From NCBI RefSeq assembly GCF_009914755.1, contig NC_060940.1: a stretch of DNA of 64,000 nucleotides; one strand, given 5' to 3'. Source of the DNA: the human T2T-CHM13v2.0 reference genome, Homo sapiens. The notes under the pieces are model-generated. The model saw nothing but the letters and a program-made list of their open reading frames with translations. It searched no databases and was not told the origin of the DNA. The position numbers and the translations under genes are program-made. This document shows, piece after piece, positions 1 to 12,642 of this stretch (positions are counted from its first letter, which is position 1; every line of letters starts with the position of its first letter).

Positions 1-3000
1 ATGATGATTCCATTCGCTTGCATTCGATGATGATTCCACTTGAGTCCGTTAGAAGATTCTATTCAATTACATTCCATGACGATTCTGTTCGAGTCCATTT
101 GATGATTCCATTAGACTCCATTTGACGATGATTCCATTCGATGTTATTCGATGATGCTTCCATTCAACTCCATTCGATGTTTCCATTCGAGTTCATTCTA
201 TTATTCCATTAGATTCCATTCGATGATGATTCCATTCGATTCCATTTGATGATTGCATTCTGTTTCATTTGATGATGATTCCATTCGAGTCCATTCGATG
301 ATTCCATTCGAGTCCATTTAATGAATCCATTGGTTTCAATTCTATGATGATTATATTGGATTCCATTCGTTGATGATTTCATTCGATTCCATTCAATGAT
401 GATTCCATTCAATTCCATTCAATGATTCCATTCAATTCCATACGATGATGATTCCATTTGATTTGATTCGACAGTGAGCCATTCGATTCAATTCCATGAT
501 GATTCTATTTGATTCACTTGGTTGACATTTCCATTCGGTTCCATTCGATGATGATTCCATTTGATTCCATTCAAAGATGATTCCATTCTAGCCCATTCAA
601 TCTTTCCATTCGATTCTATTCAATGATGATTCCATTCATGTCGATTTGGTGATTCCATTTGACTTCATTTGATGATGATTCCTTTCAAGTTCATTAGATG
701 ATTCCATTCGATTCCATTTGATGATGATCCCATTCGAGTCCATTCAGTGATTCCACTCGTTTCCATTCCATGATGATTCCATTCCATTCCATTCAATGAT
801 TCCATTCGATTCCGTTTGATGATGATTTCATTCGAGTCCATTTGATGATTCCATTTGATTCCATTCGATGATGATTCCATTCGAGTCCATTCGATGATTC
901 TATTCGAATCCATTTGATGATTTCTTTTGATTATATTTGGTGATGATTCCATTGGAGTCCATTCAATGATTCCATTCGATTCCAATCGATGGTGGTTCCA
1001 TTAGAGTCCATTTAATGATTCCATTTGATTCCAGTCTCTGATGTTTACATTCGAGTCCATACGATGATTCCACTCAATTCCATATGATGATGATTCCATT
1101 CGATTCCATTCGATGATTCCATTCTATTCTATTCAATGGTGATTCCATTCGAGTACATTAGATGATTCCATTCGATTCCATTCAATGATGATTCTACTTG
1201 TGTCCCTTAGATGATTCCACATGATTCCATTAGATGATGATACTATTTGAGCCCATCCAATGATTCCCTTCGATTCCATTCGATGAGGATTCCATTCGAT
1301 TCAATTCATTGGTGATTCTATTCAATTCAATTCTTTGATTCAATTCCATTCCATTCGACAATGATTCCATTCGATTTCTTTCGATGATTCCACTCAATTT
1401 CACTTGACATTGATTCCATTCGATTCCATTCAATGATTCCATTTGATTCCAGTGGATGATGATTGCCGTCGATTCCATTCGATCACTCCATTCTGTTCCA
1501 TTTGATGATGATTACATTCGATTCCATTTGATGATTCCATCTGATTCTATTCGAGGATTCCATTTGATTCCATTCGATGATGATTCCATTCGAGTCCATT
1601 CGATGGTTTCATTCGAGTACATCCAATGATTCCATTCGAGTCCATTTGATGATTCCATTTCATTCCATTTGATTATGATTCTACTAGAGTCCATTCAATG
1701 ACTCCATTCGAGTCCATTCAACAGTTCCATCCGAGTCCATTCGATGATTCCATTCGATTCCATTTGATGATTCCATTCGAGTCCATTTAATCATTACAGT
1801 CGAGTCCATTTGGTGATTCCACTGGATTTCTTTTGATAATGATACCATTCAATTACATTTGATGATGATCCCATTCAATTTCATTTGATGATGATTCCAT
1901 TAGAGTCCATTCCATGATTTCATTCGAGTCCCTTCATTGATTCCATCCGATTTCATTTCATGATGACTCCATTCGAGTCCATTCGATGATTCCACTCGAT
2001 TCCTTTAGATGATTCCATTGGAGTCCATTTGATTGTTCCATTCGATTCCATTCGATTCCTTTCGAAGATTATTCCATTTGAGTCCATTCGATGATGATTC
2101 CATTCCATTCCATTCGATGATTCCGTTTGATTCCATTCGATGATTCCCTGCGATTCCTTTCTATGATGATTCCATTCCATTCCATTCAATGATTCCATTC
2201 GAATCTATTCCATGATGATTCCTTTCGATTCCATTCGCTGATGTTTCCGTTCAATTCCATTCGATGATGATTCCATTCGATTCCATTCATTGAGGATTCC
2301 ATTGGATTCCATTCAATGTTGATTCCATTCTATTCCATTCAATGATTGCATTCAATTCCATTCAATGATTATGCCATTAGAGTAAATTCAACGATTCCAT
2401 TCAATACCATTCGATGATGATTCCTTTTGAGTCCATTCAATGATTTCATTCAAGTCCATTTGATGATTCCTTTCAATTCCATTCCATGATGATTCCATTC
2501 GAGTCCATTCGATGATTCCATTCGATTGCATTCGATGATTCCATTATATTCCATTCAACGATGATTCCATTCGAGTCCATTCGATGATTCCATTAGAGTA
2601 CATTTAATGATTGCTTTGTTTTCAATTCGAAGATGATTACATTGGATTCCATTCTATGATTCCATTCGATTGCATTCATTGATGATTCCACCCAATTCCA
2701 TTCGATGATGATTCCATTCGATTTCAATGATTCTACTCGATTCCATTCAATGATGATTCGATTCTATTCCGTTTGATGATTCCATTAGATTCCATTCTAT
2801 GATGATTCCATTCGAGTCCATTCGAAGATTTCATTCGATTACATTCCATGACGATTCCATTCGAGTCCATTCGATGATTCCATTTGAATCCATTCGACGA
2901 TGATTCCATTTGATGCTATTCGATGATTCCATTGGATTCCATTCGATGATGATTCCATTCGACTTGATTTGATGTTTCTATTTGAGTCCATTCGGTTATT

Positions 3001-6000
3001 TTATTAGACTACATTCGATGATGATTCCATTCGATGCCATTCAATGATTCCATTTGATTCCACTCAATGATGATTGCATTCGTGTCCATTCGATGATTCC
3101 ATTTGGTTCCATTTGATGATGATTCCATTCGAGTCCATTCGATGATACCATTCAATTCCATTCGATGATCATTCCATTCGAATCCATTTGATGATTCCAC
3201 TCAATTCCATTTGATGACTCCTTTCATTCCCATTCGATGATTCCCTTCAGTTCCAATTGGATGATCTTTCCATTTGATTCAATATGGTGACTCCATTCTA
3301 TTATATTCAATGATGATTCCATTCGACTCCATTAGATGATGACTCCATTCCATTCCATTCGATTGTGATTTCATTCGATTCCATTCGAAGATGATTCCAT
3401 TCGAGTCCATTTGATGATTCCATTCGATTCCATTCAATGATGATTCCACTCAAATCCATTGGATGATTCCATTCGTTTCCAATTGGTGATTTCATTAGAT
3501 TCCATTCGAGGATGATTCTATTCGAGTCCATTCAATGATTCCATTGGATTCCGTTTGATAATGATTCCATTAGAGTTCATTCGATGATTCCCTTCGAGTC
3601 CATTCGATTATTTCTTTTGATTCCATTTGATGATGATTCCATTCGATTCCATTCAATGATTCCATTCCATTCCATTCGATGATGATTCCATTCGATAATG
3701 ATTACATTCGAGCCCATGTGATGATTCCATTAGATTCTATTCAATGATGATTCCATTCGACCACATTCGATGATGGCATTCGAGTCCATTCGATGATTTC
3801 ACTCGATTCCACTTGATGATGATTCCTTTTGAGTCCATTTGATGATTACATTCGAGTCCATGAGATGACTCCATTCGATTCCATTTCATGATGATGCAAT
3901 TCGAGGCTATTCGATCATCCCATTTTAGTGCATTCGGTGATTCTCTTTTATTACATTCGATGAGGGCTCCATTCGAGTCCATTCAATGATTCCATTAGAT
4001 TCCACTCGATGATGATTCCATTTGAGTCCATTCAAAGATTCCTTTCGAGTCCATTCGATAATTCTATTGGATTCCACTAGGTGATGATTCCTTTCGAGTC
4101 AATTCGATGATTCCTTTCAAGTGCCTTCAATGATTCCATTCGATTCCATTCGATGACGATTCATTTCAAGTCCATTCAATGGTTCCATTCTGTTGAATTT
4201 GATGGTTCCATTTGATTCCATTCGATGATGATTCCATTCGTGTCCATTGGATGATTCCATTCGATTCCTTTCGAGGAAGATTCCATTCGACTCCATTCGA
4301 TGATTCCGTTCGATTCCATTCCATGATGATTCCATTTGATTCCATTCCATGATTCCATTCGATACCATTCGATGATGATTCCATTCGACTCCATTTGATG
4401 AATCCATTCAATGCTTCCATTCGAGTCCATTCGATGATTCCATTCGATTCCATTCCATGAAGATTCCATTCGAGTACATTTGATGATTCCATTTAATTCC
4501 ATAGGATGATGATTCTATTAGGGTCCGTTGACTATTCCATTCAATTCCATTCGAAGACTCCATTCGAGTCCACTCGATGATTCTATTTGATTCCATTTGA
4601 TAATTCCATTCGATTCCATTTGATGTTGATTCCATTCGAGTCCATTCGATCATTATTACATTTGATTCTATTCGATGATTCCATTCGATTCCATTTGATG
4701 AGGATTCCATTCGAGACCATTTGATGATTCCATTCAATTCCATTGGATGATTCCAATATTTTCCATTAGATGATGATTCCATTCGATTCCATTCAATGAT
4801 GATTCCATCAGAATCCATTCGATGATGACTCCTTTTGCTTCCATTCAATGATCATTACATTCGGTTCCATTCGATGATGATTCCTTTGGATTCCATTCGA
4901 TGATGCTTCCATTCGATTCCATTTGATGATGATTCTTTTCGATTCCATTTGATGATGATTCCATTTGATTCCATTCGATGGTGATTCCATTTGATGATTC
5001 CATTCGATTGTATTCGATGATGATTCCACTCGATTCTATTTGATGATGACTGCATTCGATTCCATTTGATGATTCCATTTGATTCCATTCGATGATGATT
5101 CTGATCAATTGCATTCGATGATCCATTCGATTCCATTTGATGGTTCCATTTGATTCCATTTGATAATGATTCCTTTCGAGTCCATTCGATGATTCCATTT
5201 GCGGATATTCGATAATTCCATTTGAGTCCAACCGATGATTCCATTCGAGGCCATTCAATCATTCTTTTTGAGTCCTTTCGATAAAGATTCCATTTTAGTC
5301 CATTCAATAATTCCACTGGAGTCCATTCGATGATTGCTTTTAATTCCATTCGATGATATTCCATTCGAGTCCATTCGATGATTCCATTCGTTGCTATTAG
5401 ATGATGATTCCATTCATGACCATTTGGTGATTCCATTCGATTTCATTCGTTGATGATTCCATTCGAGTCCATTCCATGATTCCATTCAAGTCCATTTGAT
5501 GATTTCTTTGAATTCAATTCGATGATGATTCCATTCGAGTCCATTCGATGATTCCATTCAGTTCCATTCGATGATGATTCCTTTCGAGACCATATGATGA
5601 TTCCATTTGATTTCATTCGATGATGATTCCATTCGATTCCATTCGATGATTCCATTCTATTCCATTCGATGATGATTCCATTCGAGTCCATTTAATGATT
5701 CCATTGGGTTCAATTCAATGATGATTACATTGGATTCTCTTCTATGATACCATTCAATTCCGTTCATTGACAATTTGATTCCATTCGATGATGATTCCAT
5801 TTGAGTTCATTCGATGATTCTATTCGATTCTCTTCGATGGTGATTCAATTCTATTATATTGGATGATTCCATTCGATTCCATTTGATGTTGATTCAATTC
5901 GATTCTATTCGATGATGATTCCATTGGATTTCATTTGATGATTCTATTCGATTCCATTCAATGATGATTCACTTCTCGTCCATTGGATGATTCCATTTCA

Positions 6001-9000
6001 TTCCATTCGATGATGATTCCATTCGATTCCATTCGATGATTCCATTTGATTCCATTCGACGGTGAGCAATTCGATTCAATTCCATGATGATTCTATTTGA
6101 TTCAATTAGATGATGTTTCCATTCGAATCCATTCCATGATTATTCCATTGGAATCCATTCGGCGATGATTCCATATGAGTCAATTCAATGATGCTTCCAT
6201 ATGGGTCAGTTCGATGATAATTCCATTTGATTTCATTCGATGCTTCTATTCAATTCCAGTCGATGATGATTCCGTTGGAGTCCATACGATGACTCCATTT
6301 GATTTCATTTGATGATGATTCCATTCGATTCCATTCGATGACTCCATTCTGTTCCATTCGATGATGATTCCATTCGAGTCCATTCGATGATTCCATTCGA
6401 GTCCATTTCATGATTCCATTGGGTTCAATTCGATGATGATTACACTGGATTCCATTCTATGATTCCATTCAGTTCCATTCGTTGATGATTCGATTCCATT
6501 CAATGATGATTCCATTTGAGTTCATTCGATGATTCTATTCGATTCCGTTCGATGGTGATTCAATTCTATTATATTGGATGATTCCATTCGATTCCATTTG
6601 ATGATGATTCCATTCGATTCCATTCGATGATGATTCCATTTGATTCCATTTGATGTTGATTCTATTCGATTCTATTCAATGATGATTCCATTCGATTTCA
6701 TTTGATGATTCTATTGGATTCCTTTCGATGATTCTATTCCATTCCATTCGATGATGATTCAATTCTCTTCCATTGGATGATTCCATTTTATTCCATTCGA
6801 CGATGACTCCATTTGATTCCATTCAATGATGATTCCATTCGATTCCATTCGGTGATTCCATTTGATTCCATTCGACGGTGAGCAATTTGATTCAATTCCA
6901 TAATGATTCTATTTGATTCAATTAGATGATGTTTCCATTCGAATCCATTCGGTGATGATTCCATTGGTATCCATTCGACGATGATTCCATATGAGTCAAT
7001 TCGATGATGATTCCATACGAGTCCGTTGGATGATAATTCCATTTGATTTCATTCAATCCTTCTATTCGATTCCATTTGATGATGATTCCATCTGAATCCA
7101 TTCTCCGATTCCATTCGATTTCATTCGATGCTTCTATTTGATTTCTTTCGAAGATGATTCCTTTCAATTCCGTTCATTAATTCCATTTGATTCTATTCGA
7201 TGATGATTCCATCCGATTCCATTGGATGATGATTCCATTCGAGTCCATTCGATGATTCCGTTCTAATCCATTCTATGATTCCATTCGAGTCCATTCGATG
7301 ATTCCATTCGATTCCATTCAGTGATGATTCCATTTGATTCCATCTGATGATGATTTCATTTGATTCCATACGATGATGATTCCATTGGAGTCCATTGAAT
7401 GATTCAACTCAATTCCATTCCATGTGGATTCCATTCGAATTCATTCGTTTATTCCATTCAAATCCCTTCGTTGATTCCATCTGATTCCACTTGACGATGA
7501 TTCCATTCAAGTCCAATCGATGATTCCATTCGGTTCCATTCAATGATTCCATTCGAGTCCATTTATGTATTATATTCGTGTCCACTTGATGACTCCATTC
7601 AATTCCATTTAATGATGATTCCATTTGATTCCATTTGATGATTCAGTTCGATTCCTTACAATGATTCCCTACGATTCCTTTCTATGATGATTCCATTCGA
7701 TTCCATTCATTGATGATTCCATTCGACTCCATTCAATGATGATTCCTTTCGATTCCATTTGACGATGTTTCCATTTGAGTCCATTCGATGATGATTCCAT
7801 TGGTATCCATTCGACGATGATTCCATATGAGTCAATTCGATGATGATTCCATACGAGTCCGTTGGATGATAATTCCATTTGATTTCATTCAATCCTTCTA
7901 TTCGATTCCATTTGATGATGATTCCATCTGAATCCATTCTCCGATTCCATTCGATTTCATTCGATGCTTCTATTTGATTTCATTCGAAGATGATTCCTTT
8001 CAATTCCATTCATTAATTCCATTTGATTCCATTCGATGATGATTCCATCCGATTCCATTGGATGATGATTCCACTCGAGTCCATTCGATGATTCCGTTCT
8101 AATCCATTCTATGATTCCATTCGAGTCCATTCGATGATTCCATTCGATTCCATTCAGTGATGATTCCATTTGATTCCATCGGATGATGATTTCATTTGAT
8201 TCCATTCGATGATGATTCCATTGGAGTCCATTGAATGATTCAATTCAATTCCATTCCATGTGGATTCCATTCGAAATCATTCGATTATTCCATTCAAATC
8301 CCTTCGTTGATTCCATCTGATTCCACTTGATGATGATTCCATTCAAGTCCAATCGATGATTCCATTCGGTTCCATTCAATGATTCCATTCGAGTCCATTT
8401 ATGTATTATATTCGTGTCCACTTGATGACTCACTCCATTCAATTCCATTTAATGATGATTCCATTTGATTCCATTTGATGATTCAGTTCGATTCCTTACA
8501 ATGATTCCCTACGATTCCTTTCTATGATGATTCCATTCGATTCCATTCATTGATGATTCCATTCGACTCCATTCGATGATGATTCCTTTCGATTCCATTT
8601 GACGATGTTTCCATTTGAGTCCATTCGATGATGATTCAATTCAGTTCTGTTCTATTATGAATCCATTCGATTTCATTCAATGCTTCTATTTGATTCCATT
8701 CGACGATGATTCCATCTCTTTCCCTTCGATGTTTCCATTTGATTCCATTCAGTGATGATTCCATTTGATTCCATCTGATGATGATTTCACTTGATTCATT
8801 TCAATGATGATTCCATTCAAGTCCATTCGATGATTCCATTGGAGTCCAAACGATCATTCCATTCGATTCCATTCAATGATGATTCCATTCATGTCCATTC
8901 AATGAATCCTTTCAATTCCATTCGATGATGACTCCATTCGAGTACATTCGATGATTCCATTTGATTCCATTTGATGATGATTACATTCAATTCCATTCGA

Positions 9001-12000
9001 AGATGATTCCATTCAATTCCACTTGATGATGATTCCGTATGAATCCATTCGCTGATTATTCCATTCGATTCCATTCATTGACGATTCCATTCGATTCCAT
9101 TCAATGATGATTCTCTTCTATTCCATTCGATGATTCCGGTCGATTCCATTCGATGATGATTCCATTAGATTCCATTCGATTGTTGCATTCGATTCCCTTC
9201 GATGATGATTCCTTTGAATTCCATTCGATTATGATTCCGTATGAATCCATTTGATGATTATTCCATTGGATTCCTTTCGATGATGATTCCATTCGATTCC
9301 ATTTGATGATGTTTCTCATGTATTCCATTTGATAATTCCTTTCAATTCCCTTCGATGATGATTCTTTCGAGTCAATTCGATGATTCTATTCCATTCCCTT
9401 CGATGATGATTCCATTTCACTCCATTCGATGATTCCATTCGATTCAATTTGGTGATGATTCAATTCGATGACATTCGATGACTCCATTCAATTTCATTTG
9501 ATGATGATTACATTCGAGTCCATTTGATGATTGTATTCCTTTCCTTTTGATGATTATTCCATTCGTGTCTATTCAAAGATTCCATTCTATTCCATTCAAT
9601 GATGATTCCAATTGATTCCATTCAATGATTATGGCTATCGATTCCACTCGTTGATTCCATTTGATTCCATTCAATGATTATTCCGTTAGATTCCATTAGG
9701 AGATTCCATTCGATTTTATTCAATGATTCCAATTGATTCCATTCAATGATGATTCCATTCGACTCCATTCAGTGATTCCATTTGAGTCCATTTGATGATT
9801 CCATTCGAGTCCATTTGATGATTCCATTCTTTTCCATTTGATGATGATTCCATTAGGGTCCATTCAATGATTCCATTCGAGTCCATTCGTTAATGCCTTT
9901 CGAGTCCTTTTGATCACTACATTCGAGTCCATTCAATGATTCTATTCGATTCCATTCCATGATGATTCCATTCGAGTTCATTCGATGATTGCATTCGAGT
10001 CCATTTGATGATTCCATATGATTCCATTCGACAATGATTCCATTCGTGTCCATTTGATGATTCCATTCATTTCCTATCGATGAAGATTCCATTCGAGTGT
10101 ATTCGATGATTCCATTCAAATCCATTCGATGATGATTCCATTCCAGTCCATTCGATCATTCCACTTGATTCCATTTGATGACTATTCCATTCAAATCCAT
10201 TTGATGATTCCATTCGATTCCATTCGATGTTACCATTCGAGTATATACGATGATTCCACTCGATTCCATTTGATGATTATTCCATTGGAGTCGACTTAGT
10301 GAATCCTTTAGATTCTACTCGAAGATGATTCCATTCGAGTCCATTCGATGATACCATTCAATTCCATTCGTTGATGCTTCCATTCAAGTGCATTCGATGA
10401 TATCATTCGATTCCATTTGATGATAATTCCATTTGATTCCATGTGATGATTCTATTCCATTCCATTCAATGATAATTCCATTCAATTCAGTGATTCCTCT
10501 GGACTCCATTTGATGATGATTCCATTCAATGATTCCATTCGATTCTATTCGAAAATGATTCCATTTGAATCCATTTGATGATGATTCCATTCGATTCCAT
10601 TTGATGATTCCATGCGATTCCATTCGACGATGATTCCATTCGATTCCATTTGATGATTCCATTCTATTCTATTCGATGATGATTCCATTCGATTCCATTC
10701 GATGATGATTGGATTCGATTCCATTTGATGATTTCATTTGATTCCATTCGATGATGATTTCGATCAACTCCATTCGATGATTCCATTCGATTCCATTTGA
10801 TAATGATTACATCCGAGTCCATTCGATGATTCCATTTGAGCCCGTTCGATAATTCCATTTGAGTCCAATCAATGATTCCATTCATTTCCATTCAATGATT
10901 CCATTCGAGTCCATTTGATCATTCCGGTAGGGTCCGTTCGATGTTGATTCCATTGGAGAGCATTCGATGATTCCATTCGAGTCCATTTTAGGATTTGATT
11001 CGAGTCCTTTCGATGATTCCATTCGATTCCACTCGATGCGATGATGATTTCATTCGAGTCCATTCGACACTTCCAATCGATTCCATTTGATGTTTCCATT
11101 CGAGTCCAATTGATGATTCCATTCAATTCCATTTGATGATGATTCCGTACGATTCCATTCTGTGATGATTCCATGTGATTGCATTCAATGATGATTCCTT
11201 TCGATTGCATTCGATTATGATTCATTTCGTGTTCATTCTATGGTTCCACAGGTTTCACATCGTGTCCATTCCATTATTCCATTCTATTCCATTTGATGAT
11301 GATTCCATTCGATTCCATTCATTGGTGATTCCACTCAATTCCATTCAATGATTCCATTCCATTTCTTTCAACAATGATTCCATTAGTTTCTAATCGATGA
11401 TCCACTTGATTCCATTTGACGGTGATTCCATTCTTGTCCATTCGATGATTCCATTTGATTCCATATGATGATGATTCCATTCGATTCCATACGATGATGA
11501 TTCCATTCGAGTCCATTCAATGGTGATTCCATTCAATTCCATTCGGTGATTCCTTTCGATTCCATTTGATGATGATGGCATTCGATTCCTTTCAATCATT
11601 CCCTTTGATTCCACTCAAAGGTGATTTCATTCAAGTCCATTCGATAATTGCATTCGATTCCATTCTATGATGATTCCATTCGAGTCCATTTGATGATTCC
11701 ATTCAATTCAAGTCAATGATGATTCCATTCGATTCCATTCGATGATTCCATTGGATTCCATTCGATGATGATTCCATTCAAATCCATTCGATAATTCAAT
11801 TCACGTCCATTCGATGATGATTCCAATCGAATCCATTCAAAGATTCCATTCAATTCCATTCGATGATTCCCTTAGATTCCATTCGATGATTCCACTTGAT
11901 TCCATTTACGATGATTCCATTCGATTCCATGTGATGATTCCATTCAATTCTATTCAATGATGCTTCCATTTGATTCCATTCGACCATGATTGCCTTTGAT

Positions 12001-12642
12001 TCCATTCAATGATTCCATTCGGTTCCGTTTGATGATGATTCCGTTCGATTCCATTTGATGATTCCATTTGATTCCATTGGATGAGTCCATTCGATTACAT
12101 TCGATGATTATTCCATTCGAGTGCATTAGATGATTCCATTCGAGTCCATTCGATGATTCCATTCGAGTCCATTCGATGATTCCATTCGATTCCATTCGAT
12201 GTTGATTCTGTTCAAATCCATTCGATGATTCCACTCGATTCCATTCGATGACTCCATTTGATCCCATTCGATGATTTCCTTTGATTCCCTTTGATGATCA
12301 TTCCATTTGATTCAATTCGGTGATTTCATTTGATTCCATTCAGTGATGTTTCCATTCGACTCCATTCGATGATGATTCCATTCGACTACATTCGATTATG
12401 ATTTCATTCAATTCCATTCGATAAAGATTCCCTTCGAGTCCAATCGATGATTCCATTCGATTCCATTCAACGATGATTTGATTCGTGTCCATTCGATGAT
12501 TCCATTTGATTCCACTTGATGAGGATTCCATTCGAGTCCATTTGATGATTCCATTCAATTCCATTCTCCGATGATTTCTTTTGAGCCCATTCAATGCTTC
12601 CACTCGATTACATATGATGATGACTCCATTCGATGAAACTCG
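1..12642 (+). repeat. Higher-order repeat unit 1 (type A, 12,665-bp family; 23 bp shorter at its start)
   Basis: Landmark TCCATTCGCTTG at 9 and 12651 (offset 12642). All later landmarks are offset by 12665 (ORF track 665/13330, 4855/17520; GTCGAC at 10290/22955). Confidence 0.93.
6954..8635 (+). repeat. Internal tandem duplication of ~836/840 bp in unit 1
   Basis: GGTATCC at 6966 and 7802 and ATGTATTATA at 7565 and 8401 (both offset 836). The second copy carries an extra CACT. Confidence 0.9.

Noticed and set aside
1-12642. 12,665-bp unit as a simple dimer of a ~6.1-6.3 kb HSat2 unit
   Set aside because: Internal paralog offsets are inconsistent (about 2.8, 5.4, 5.6, 6.1, 6.4 and 9.0 kb), with no continuous half-unit diagonal visible.
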